A stretch of DNA of 64,000 nucleotides from Eledone cirrhosa. Taxonomy: Eukaryota. The stretch spans positions 25,792,001 through 25,856,000 of the forward strand of contig OZ024743.1 of NCBI GenBank assembly GCA_964016885.1, in the 5' to 3' direction. A model generated the notes under the pieces. That model was not told the DNA's origin and searched no databases. It was given only the letters and a program-made list of their open reading frames with translations. Position 1 is the first letter of the stretch. Each line of letters begins with the position of its first letter. Below are positions 1-13,200 of the stretch, one piece after another. The translations under genes were made by a program, and so were the position numbers.

Positions 1-2540
1 TACTGTTGTTACTGGAATACACTTATATCAGTTGATAATACTGTTGTTACTGGAATACACTTATATCAGTTGATAATACTGTTGTTACTGGAATACACTT
101 ATATCAGTTGACAATACTGTTGTTACTGGAATACACTTATTTCAGTTGACAATACTGTTGTTACTGGAATACACTTATATCAGTTGATAATACTGTTGTT
201 ACTGGAATACACTTATATCAGTTGATAATACTGTTGTTACTGGAATACACTTATATCAGTTGACAATACTGTTGTTACTGGAATACACTTATATCAGTTG
301 ACAATACTGTTGTTACTGGAATACACTTATATCAGTTGATAATACTGTTGTTACTAGAATACACTTATATCATTTGACAATACTGTTGTTACTGGAATAC
401 ACTTATATCAGTTGACAATACTGTTGTTACTGGAATACACTTATATCAGTTGACATTACTGTTGTTACTGGAATACACTTATTTCAGTTGACAATACTGT
501 TGTTACTGGAATACACTTATATCAGTTGATAATACTGTTGTTACTGGAATACACTTATATCAGTTGATAATACTGTTGTTACTGGAATACACTTATATCA
601 GTTGACAATACTGTTGTTAATAGAATACACTTATATCAGTTGACAATACTGTTGTTACTGGAATACACTTATATCAGTTGACAATACTGTTGTTACTGGA
701 ATACACTTATATCAGTTGACAATACTGTTGTTGCGGGAATATACTTATATCAGTTGCTAATACTGTTGTTACTGGAATACACTTATATCAGTTGACAATA
801 CTGTTGTTAATGGAATACACTTATATCAGTTGACAATCCTGTTGTTTCTGGAATACACTTATATTAGTTGATAATACTGTTGTTACTGGAATACACTTAT
901 TTCAGTTGACAATACTGTTGTTACTGGAATACACTTATATCAGTTGACAATACTGTTGTTGCTGGAATACACTTATATCAGTTGATAATACTGTTGTTAC
1001 TGGAATACACTTATATCAGTTGACAATACTGTTGTTACTGGAATACACTTATATCAGTTGACAATACTGTTGTTACTGGAATACACTTATATCAGTTGAT
1101 AATACAGTTGTTACTAGAATACACTTATATCATTTGACAATACTGTTGTAACTGGAATACAAATATATCAGTTGACAATACAGTTGTTACTGGAATACAC
1201 TTATATCAGTTGACAATACTGTTGTTACTGGAATACACTTATATCAGTTGATATTACTGTTGTTACTGGAATACACTTATTTCAGTTGACAATACTGTTG
1301 TTACTGGAATACACTTATATCAGTTGATCATACTGTTGTTACTGGAATACACTTATATCTGTTGACAATACTTTTGTTACTGGAATACACTTATATCAAT
1401 TGAGAATACTGTTGTTACTGGAATACACTTATATCAGTTGACAATACTGTTGTTGCTGGAATACACTTATATCAGTTGATAATACTGTTGTTACTGGAAT
1501 ACACTTATATCAGTTGACAATACTGTTGTTACTGGCATACACTTATATCAGTTGACAATACTGTTGTTACTGGAATACACTTATCTCAGTTGACAATACT
1601 GTTGTTACTGGAATACACTTATATCAGTTGACAATACTGTTGTTAATGGAATACACTTATATCAGTTGACAATACTGTTGTTACTGGAATACACTTATAT
1701 CAGTTGACAATACTGTTACAGGAATACACTTATATCAGTTGACAATACTGTTGTTGGTGGAATACACTTATTTCAGTTGACAATACTGTTGTTACTGGAA
1801 TACACTTATATCAGTTGATAATACTGTTGTTACTGGAATACACTTATATCAGTTGACAATACTGTTGTTACTGGAATACACTTATATCAGTTGACAATAC
1901 TGTAGTTACTGGAATACACTTATATCAGTTGACAATACTGTTGTTACTGGAATACACTTATATCAGTTGATAATACTGTTGTTACTGGAATACACTTATA
2001 TCAGTTGACAATACTGTTGTTACTGGAATACACTTATATCAGTTGACAATACTGTTGTTACTGGAATACACTTATATCAGTTGACAATACTGTTGTTACT
2101 GGAATACACTTATATCAGTTGACAATACTGTTGTTACTGGAATACACTTATATCAGTTGACAATACTGTTGTTACTGGAATACACTTATATCAGTTGATA
2201 ATACTGTTGTTACTGGAATACACTTATATCAGTTGACAATACTGTTGTTACTGGAATACACTTATATCAGTTGACAATACTGTTGTTACTGGACGCCACT
2301 TATATCAGTTGACAATACTGTTGTTACTGGAATACACTTATATCAGTTGACAATACTGTTGTTACTGGAATACACTTATATCAGTTGACAATACTGTTGT
2401 TACTGGAATACACTTATATCAGTTGATAATACTGTTGTTACTGGAATACACTTATTTCAGTTGACAATACTGTTGTTACTGGAATACATTTATATCAGTT
2501 GACAATACTGTTGTTACTGGAATACACTTATATCAGTTGA
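1..2540 (+). repeat. Higher-order block A, copy 1 (duplicated at about 4,672-7,210; partial third copy at about 17,260-18,930)
   Basis: Rare variants recur at offset 4,671 (123 monomers minus 3 bp): TAGAA in TTAATAGAA 621/5292, GCGGG 733/5404, 3-bp deletion TACTGTTACAGG 1711/6382. The offset becomes 4,670 after a private 1-bp deletion near 6930: GGACGCC 2291/6961, GGAATACATT 2481/7151. Confidence 0.9.
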
Positions 2541-4671
2541 TAATACTGTTGTTACTGGAATACACTTATATCAGTTGACAATACTGTTGTTACTGGAATA
2601 CACTTATATCAGTTGACAATACTGTTGTTAATGGAATACACTTATATCAGTTGACAATACTGTTGTTACAGGAATACACTTATATCAGTTGACAATACTG
2701 TTGTTACTGGAATACACTTATATCAGTTGACAATACTGTTGTTACTGGAATACACTTATATCAGTTGACAATACTGTTGTTACTGGAATACACTTATATC
2801 AGTTGACAATACTTTTGTTACTGGAATACACTTATATCTGTTGACAATACTGTTGTTACTGGAATACACTTATATCAGTTGATAATACTGTTGTTACTGG
2901 AATACACTTGTATCAGTTGACAATACTGTTGTTACTGGAATTTACTTATATCAGTTGAGAATACTGTTGTTACTGGAATACACTTATATCAGTTGACAAT
3001 ACTGTTGTTGCTGGAATACACTTATATCAGTTGATAGTACTGTTGTTACTGGAATACACTTATATCAGTTGACAATACTGTTGTTACTGGAATACACTTA
3101 TATCAGTTGACAATATTGTTGTTACTGGAATACACTTATATCAGTTGATAATACTGTTGTTACTGGAATACGCTTATTTCAGTTGACAATAGTGTTGTTA
3201 CTGGAATACACTTATATCAGTTGATAATACTGTTGTTACTGGAATACACTTATATCAGTTGACAATACTGTTGTTACTGGAATACACTTATATCAGTTGA
3301 CAATAATATCGTTGCTGGAATACACTTATATCAGTTGATAATACTGTTGTTACTGGAATACACTTATATCAGTTGACAATACTGTTGTTACTGGAATACA
3401 CTTATATCAGTTGACAATACTGTTGTTACTGGAATACACTTATATCAGTCGACAATACTGTTGTTAATGGAATACACTTATATCAGTTGATAATACTGTT
3501 GTTACTGGAATACACTTATATCTGTTGATAAAACTGTTGTTACTGGAATACACTTATATCAGCTGACAATACTGTTGTTACTGGAATACACTTATATCAG
3601 TTGATAATACTGTTCTTACTGGAATACACTTATATCAGTTGATAATACTGTTGTTACTGGAATGCACTTATATCATTTGACAATACTGTTGTTACTGGAA
3701 TACACTTATATCAGTTGACAATACTGTTGTTACTGGAATACACTTATATCAGTTGACAATACTGTTGTTGCTGGAATACACTTATATCAGTTGATAATAC
3801 TGTTGTTACTGGAATACACTTATATCAGTTGACAATACTGTTGTTACTGGAATACACTTATATCAGTTGACAATACTGTTGTTACTGGAATACACTTATA
3901 TCAGTTGATATTACAGTTGTTACTGGAATACACTTATTTCAGTTGACAATACTGTAGTTACTGGAATACACTTATATCAGTTGATAATACTGTTGTTACT
4001 GGAATACACTTATATCAGTTGATAATACTGTTGTTACTGGAATACACTTATATCAGGTGACAATACTGTTGTTACTGGATTACACTTATATCAGTTGACA
4101 ATACTGTTGTTACTGGAATACACTTATATCAGTTGACAATACTGTTGTTACTGGAATACACTTATATCAGTTGACAATACTGTTGTTGCGGGAAAATACT
4201 TATATCAGTTGCTAATACTGTTGTTACTGGAATACACTTATATCAGTTGACAATACTGTTGTTACTGGAATGCACTTATATCAGTTGACAATCCTGTTGT
4301 TTCTGGAATACACTTATATCAGTTGATAATACTGTTGTTAGTGGAATACACTTATTTCAGTTGACAATACTGTTGTTACTGGAATACACTTATATCAGTT
4401 GATAATACTGTTGTTACTGGAATACACTTATATCAGTTGATAATACTGTTGTTACTGGAATACACTTATATCAGTTGACAATACTGTTGTTACTGGAATA
4501 CACTTATATCTGTTGACAATACTGTTGTTACTGGAATACACTTATATCAGTTGACAATACTGTTGTTACTGGAATACACTTATATCAGTTGACAATACTG
4601 TTGTTACTGGAATACACTTATATCAGTTGATAATACAGTTGTTACTGGAATACACTTATTTCAGTTGACAA

Positions 4672-7210
4672 TACTGTTGTTACTGGAATACACTTATATC
4701 AGTTGATAATACTGTTGTTACTGGAATACACTTATATCAGTTGATAATACTGTTGTTACTGGAATACACTTATATCAGTTGACAATACTGTTGTTACTGG
4801 AATACACTTATTTCAGTTGACAATACTGTTGTTACTGGAATACACTTATATCAGTTGATAATACTGTTGTTACTGGAATACACTTATATCAGTTGATAAT
4901 ACTGTTGTTACTGGAATACACTTATATCAGTTGACAATACTGTTGTTACTGGAATACACTTATATCAGTTGACAATACTGTTGTTACTGGAATACACTTA
5001 TATCAGTTGATAATACTGTTGTTACTAGAATACACTTATATCATTTGACAATACTGTTGTTACTGGAATACACTTATATCAGTTGACAATACTGTTGTTA
5101 CTGGAATACACTTATATCAGTTGACATTACTGTTGTTACTGGAATACACTTATTTCAGTTGACAATACTGTTGTTACTGGAATACACTTATATCAGTTGA
5201 TAATACTGTTGTTACTGGAATACACTTATATCAGTTGATAATACTGTTGTTACTGGAATACACTTATATCAGTTGACAATACTGTTGTTAATAGAATACA
5301 CTTATATCAGTTGACAATACTGTTGTTACTGGAATACACTTATATCAGTTGACAATACTGTTGTTACTGGAATACACTTATATCAGTTGACAATACTGTT
5401 GTTGCGGGAATATACTTATATCAGTTGCTAATACTGTTGTTACTGGAATACACTTATATCAGTTGACAATACTGTTGTTAATGGAATACACTTATATCAG
5501 TTGACAATCCTGTTGTTTCTGGAATACACTTATATCAGTTGATAATACTGTTGTTACTGGAATACACTTATTTCAGTTGACAATACTGTTGTTACTGGAA
5601 TACACTTATATCAGTTGACAATACTGTTGTTGCTGGAATACACTTATATCAGTTGATAATACTGTTGTTACTGGAATACACTTATATCAGTTGACAATAC
5701 TGTTGTTACTGGAATACACTTATATCAGTTGACAATACTGTTGTTACTGGAATACACTTATATCAGTTGATAATACAGTTGTTACTAGAATACACTTATA
5801 TCATTTGACAATACTGTTGTTACTGGAATACAAATATATCAGTTGACAATACAGTTGTTACTGGAATACACTTATATCAGTTGACAATACTGTTGTTACT
5901 GGAATACACTTATATCAGTTGATATTACTGTTGTTACTGGAATACACTTATTTCAGTTGACAATACTGTTGTTACTGGAATACACTTATATCAGTTGATA
6001 ATACTGTTGTTATTGGAATACACTTATATCTGTTGACAATACTTTTGTTACTGGAATACACTTATATCAATTGAGAATACTGTTGTTACTGGAATACACT
6101 TATATCAGTTGACAATACTGTTGTTGCTGGAATACACTTATATCAGTTGATAATACTGTTGTTACTGGAATACACTTATATCAGTTGACAATACTGTTGT
6201 TACTGGCATACACTTATATCAGTTGACAATACTGTTGTTACTGGAATACACTTATCTCAGTTGACAATACTGTTGTTACTGGAATACACTTATATCAGTT
6301 GACAATACTGTTGTTAATGGAATACACTTATATCAGTTGACAATACTGTTGTTACTGGAATACACTTATATCAGTTGACAATACTGTTACAGGAATACAC
6401 TTATATCAGTTGACAATACTGTTGTTGGTGGAATACACTTATTTCAGTTGACAATACTGTTGTTACTGGAATACACTTATATCAGTTGATAATACTGTTG
6501 TTACTGGAATACACTTATATCAGTTGACAATACTGTTGTTACTGGAATACACTTATATCAGTTGACAATACTGTAGTTACTGGAATACACTTATATCAGT
6601 TGACAATACTGTTGTTACTGGAATACACTTATATCAGTTGATAATACTGTTGTTACTGGAATACACTTATATCAGTTGACAATACTGTTGTTACTGGAAT
6701 ACACTTATATCAGTTGACAATACTGTTGTTACTGGAATACACTTATATCAGTTGACAATACAGTTGTTACTGGAATACACTTATATCAGTTGACAATACT
6801 GTTGTTACTGGAATACACTTATATCAGTTGACAATACTGTTGTTACTGGAATACACTTATATCAGTTGATAATACTGTTGTTACTGGAATACACTTATAT
6901 CAGTTGACAATACTGTTGTTACTGGAATAACTTATATCAGTTGACAATACTGTTGTTACTGGACGCCACTTATATCAGTTGACAATACTGTTGTTACTGG
7001 AATACACTTATATCAGTTGATAATACTGTTGTTACTGGAATACACTTATATCAGTTGACAATACTGTTGTTACTGGAATACACTTATATCAGTTGATAAT
7101 ACTGTTGTTACTGGAATACACTTATTTCAGTTGACAATACTGTTGTTACTGGAATACATTTATATCAGTTGACAATACTGTTGTTACTGGAATACACTTA
7201 TATCAGTTGA
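4672..7210 (+). repeat. Higher-order block A, copy 2
   Basis: Same ordered string of variants as 1-2540 at offset 4,671/4,670. Confidence 0.9.
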
Positions 7211-10200
7211 TAATACAGTTGTTACTGGAATACACTTATATCAGTTGACAATACTGTTGTTAATGGAATACACTTATATCAGTTGACAATACTGTTGTTA
7301 CTGGAATACACTTATATCAGTTGACAATACTGTTGTTACTGGAATACACTTATATCAGTTGACAATACTGTTGTTACTGGAATACACTTATATCAGTTGA
7401 TAATACTGTTGTTACTAGAATACACTTATATCATTTGACAATACTGTTGTTACTGGAATACACTTATATCAGTTGACAATACTGTTGTTACTGGAATACA
7501 CTTATATCAGTTGATATTACTGTTGTTACTGGAATACACTTATTTCAGTTGACAATACTGTTGTTACTGGAATACACTTATATCAGTTGATAATACTGTT
7601 GTTACTGGAATACACTTATATCAGTTGATAATACTGTTGTTACTGGAATACACTTATATCAGTTGACAATACTGTTGTTAATGGAATACACTTATATCAG
7701 TTGACAATACTGTTGTTACTGGAATACACTTATATCAGTTGACAATACTGTTATTACTGGAATACACTTATATCAGTTGACAATACTGTTGTTACTGGAA
7801 TACACTTATTTCAGTTGACAATACTGTTGTTACTGGAATACACTTATATTAGTTGATAATACTGTTGTTACTGGAATACACTTATATCAGTTGATAATAC
7901 TGTTGTTACTGGAATACACTTATATCAGTTGACAATACTGTTGTTACTGGAATACACTTATATCTGTTGACAATACTGTTGTTACTGGAATACACTTCTT
8001 TCAGTTGACAATACTGTTGTTACTGGAATACACTTATATCAGTTGACAATACTGTTGTTACTGGAATACACTTATATCAGTTGATAATACAGTTGTTACT
8101 GGAATACACTTATTTCAGTTGACAATACTGTTGTTACTGGAATACACTTATATCAGTTGATAATACTGTTGTTACTGGAATACACTTATATCAGTTGATA
8201 ATACTGTTGTTACTGGAATACACTTATATCAGGTGACAATACTGTTGTTACTGGATTACACTTATATCAGTTGACAATACTGTTGTTACTGGAATACACT
8301 TATATCAGTTGACAATACTGTTGTTACTGGAATACACTTATTTCAGTTGACAATACTGTTGTTACTGGAATACACTTATATCAGTTGATAATACTGTTGT
8401 TACTGGAATACACTTATATCAGTTGATAATACTGTTGTTACTGGAATACACTTATATCAGTTGACAATACTGTTGTTAATGGAATACACTTATATCAGTT
8501 GACAATACTGTTGTTACTGGAATACACTTATATCAGTTGACAATACTGTTGTAACTGGAATACACTTATGTCAGTTGACAATACTGTTGTTGCGGGAATA
8601 TACTTATATCAGTTGCTAATACTGTTGTTACTGGAATACACTTATATCAGTTGACAATACTGTTGTTAATGGAATACACTTATATCAGTTGACAATCCTG
8701 TTGTTTCTGGAATACACTTATATCAGTTGATAATACTGTTGTTACTGGAATACACTTATTTCAGTTGACAATACTGTTGTTACTGGAATACACTTATATC
8801 AGTTTATAATACTGTTGTTACTGGAATACACTTACATCAGTTGATAATACTGTTGTTGCTGGAATACACTTATTTCAGTTGACAATACTGTTGTTACTGG
8901 AATACACTTCATCAGTTGATAATACTGTTGTTACTGGAATACACTTATATCAGTTGATAATACTGTTGTTACTGGAATACACTTATATCAGTTGACAATA
9001 CTGTTGTTACTGGAATACACTTATATCAGTTGACAATACTGTTGTTACTGGAATACACTTATATCAGTTGACAATACTGTTGTTGCTGGAATACACTTAT
9101 ATCAGTTGATAATACTGTTGTTACTGGAATACACTTATATCAGTTGACAATACTGTTGTTACTGGAATACACTTATATCAGTTGACAATACTGTTGTTAC
9201 TGGAATACACTTATATCAGTTGATAATACAGTTGTTACTAGAATAGACTTATATCATTTGACAATACTGTTGTTACTGGAATACAAATATATCAGTTGAC
9301 AATACAGTTGTTACTGGAATACACTTATATCAGTTGACAATACTGTTGTTACTGGAATACACTTATATCAGTTGATAATACTGTTGTTACTGGAATACAC
9401 TTATATCAGTTGATAATACAGTTGTTACTGGAATACACTTATATCAGTTGACAATACTGTTGTTACTGGAATACACTTATATCTGTTGACAATACTGTTG
9501 TTACTGGAATACACTTCTTTCAGTTGACAATACTGTTGTTACTGGAATACACTTATATCAGTTGACAATACTGTTGTTACTGGAATACACTTATATCAGT
9601 TGATAATACAGTTGTTACTGGAATACACTTATTTCAGTTGAGAATACTGTTGTTACTGGAATACACTTATATCAGTTGATAATACTGTTGTTACTGGAAT
9701 ACACTTATATCAGTTGATAATACTGTTGTTACTGGAATACACTTATATCAGGTGACAATACTGTTGTTACTGGATTACACTTATATCAGTTGACAATACT
9801 GTTGTTACTGGAATACACTTATATCAGTTGACAATACTGTTGTTACTGGAATACACTTATTTCAGTTGACAATACTGTTGTTACTGGAATACACTTATAT
9901 CAGTTGATAATACTGTTGTTACTGGAATACACTTATATCAGTTGATAATACTGTTGTTACTGGAATACACTTATATCAGTTGACAATACTGTTGTTACTG
10001 GAATACACTTATATCAGTTGACAATACTGTTGTTACTGGAATACACTTATATCAGTTGATAATACTGTTGTTACTGGAATACACTTATATCATTTGACAA
10101 TACTGTTGTTACTGGAATACACTTATATCAGTTGACATTACTGTTGTTACTGGAATACACTTATTTCAGTTGACAATACTGTTGTTACTGGAATACACTT

Positions 10201-13200
10201 ATATCAGTTGATAATACTGTTGTTACTGGAATACACTTATATCAGTTGATAATACTGTTGTTACTGGAATACACTTATATCAGTTGACAATACTGTTGTT
10301 AATGGAATACACTTATATCAGTTGACAATACTGTTGTTACAGGAATACACTTATATCAGTTGACAATACTGTTGTTACTGGAATACACTTATATCAGTTG
10401 ACAATACTGTTGTTGCGGGAATATACTTATATCAGTTGCTAATACTGTTGTTACTGGAATACACTTATATCAGTTGACAATACTGTTGTTAATGGAATAC
10501 ACTTATATCAGTTGACAATACTGTTGTTACTGGAATACACTTATATCAGTTGATAATACTGTTGTTACTAGAATACACTTATATCATTTGACAATACTGT
10601 TGTTACTGGAATACACTTATATCAGTTGACAATACTGTTGTTACTGGAATACACTTATATCAGTTGACATTACTGTTGTTACTGGAATACACTTATTTCA
10701 GTTGACAATACTGTTGTTACTGGAATACACTTATATCAGTTGATAATACTGTTGTTACTGGAATACACTTATATCAGTTGATAATACTGTTGTTACTGGA
10801 ATACACTTATATCAGTTGACAATACTGTTGTTAATGGAATACACTTATATCAGTTGACAATACTGTTGTTACTGGAATACACTTATATCAGTTGACAATA
10901 CTGTTGTTACTGGAATACACTTATATCAGTTGACAATACTGTTGTTGCGGGAATATACTTATATCAGTTGCTAATACTGTTGTTACTGGAATACACTTAT
11001 ATCAGTTGACAATACTGTTGTTAATGGAATACACTTATATCAGTTGACAATCCTGTTGTTTCTGGAATACACTTATATCAGTTGACAATACTGTTGTTAC
11101 TGGAATACACTTATATCAGTTGACAATACTGTTGTTGCGGGAATATACTTATATCAGTTGCTAATACTGTTGTTACTGGAATACACTTATATCAGTTGAT
11201 AATACTGTTGTTACTGGAATACACTTATTTCAGTTGACAATACTGTTGTTACTGGAATACACTTATATCAGTTGATAATACTGTTGTTACTGGAATACAC
11301 TTACATCAGTTGATAATACTGTTGTTGCTGGAATACACTTATTTCAGTTGACAATACTGTTGTTACTGGAATACACTTCATCAGTTGATAATACTGTTGT
11401 TACTGGAATACACTTATATCAGTTGATAATACTGTTGTTACTGGAATACACTTATATCAGTTGACAATAATGTTGTTACTGGAATACACTTATATCAGTT
11501 GACAATACTGTTGTTACTGGAATACACTTATATCAGTTGACAATACTGTTGTTGCTGGAATACACTTATATCAGTTGATAATACTGTTGTTACTGGAATA
11601 CACTTATATCAGTTGACAATACTGTTGTTACTGGAATACACTTATATCAGTTGACAATACTGTTGTTACTGGAATACACTTATATCAGTTGATAATACAG
11701 TTGTTACTAGAATACACTTATATCATTTGACAATACTGTTGTTACTGGAATACAAATATATCAGTTGACAATACAGTTGTTACTGGAATACACTTATATC
11801 AGTTGACAATACTGTTGTTACTGGAATACACTTATATCAGTTGATATTACTGTTGTTACTGGAATACACTTATTTCAGTTGACAATACTGTTGTTACTGG
11901 AATACACTTATATCAGTTGATAATACTGTTGTTACTGGAATACACTTATATCAGTTGACAATACTGTTGTTACTGGCATACACTTATATCAGTTGACAAT
12001 ACTGTTGTTACTGGAATACACTTATCTCAGTTGACAATACTGTTGTTACTGGAATACACTTATATCAGTTGACAATACTGTTGTTACTGGAATACACTTA
12101 TATCAGTTGACAATACTGTTGTTACTGGAATACACTTATATCAGTTGACAATACTGTTGTTACTGGAATACACTTATATCAGTTGATAATACTGTTGTTA
12201 CTGGAATACACTTATATCAGTTGACAATACTGTTGTTACTGGAATACACTTATATCAGTTGACAATACTGTTGTTACTGGAATACACTTATATCAGTTGA
12301 CAATAATGTTGTTACTGGAATACACTTATATCAGTTGACAATACTCTTATTACTGGAATACACTTATATCAGTTGACAATACTGTTGTTACTGGAATACA
12401 CTTATATCAGTTGACAATACTGTTGTTACTGGAATACACTAATATCAGTTGACAATACTGTTGTTACTGGAATACACTTATATCAGTTGATAATACTGTT
12501 GTTACTGGAATACACTTATATCAGTTGAGAATACTGTTGTTACTGGAATACACTTATATCAGTTGACAATACTGTTGTTGCTGGAATACACTTATATCAG
12601 TTGACAATACTGTTGTTACTGGAATAGACTTATATCAGTTGACAATACTGTTGTTACTGGAATACACATATATCAGTTGACAATACTGTTGTTACTGGAA
12701 TACACTTATATCAGTTGATAATACTCTTGTTACTGTAATACACTTATATCTGTTGACAATACTGTTGTTACTGGAATACAGTTATATCAGTTGACAATAC
12801 TGTTGTTACTGGAATACACTTATATCAGTTGACAATACTGTTGTTACTGGAATACACTTATATCAGTTGATAATACTGTTGTTAATGGAATACACTTATA
12901 TCTGTTGACAATACTGTTGTTACTGGAATAAAGTTATATCAGTTGACAATACTGTTGTTACTGGAATACACTTATATCAGTTGATAATACTGTTGTTACT
13001 GGAATACACTTATATCAGTTGACAATACTGTTGTTACTGGAATACACGTATATTAGTTGACAATACTGTTGTTACTGGAATACACTTATATCAGTTGACA
13101 ATACTGTTGTTACTGGAATACACTTATATCAGTTGACAATACTGTTGTTACTGGAATACACTTATATCAGTTGACAATACTTTTTTACTGGAATACACTT

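Noticed and set aside
34-38. RIP or methylation-deamination signature at GACAA>GATAA (CpA>TpA)
   Set aside because: The other CpA/TpG sites in the monomer (TACAC, ATCAG, CTG, TTG) are only rarely mutated, so this is a single old polymorphism and not a processive C>T process.
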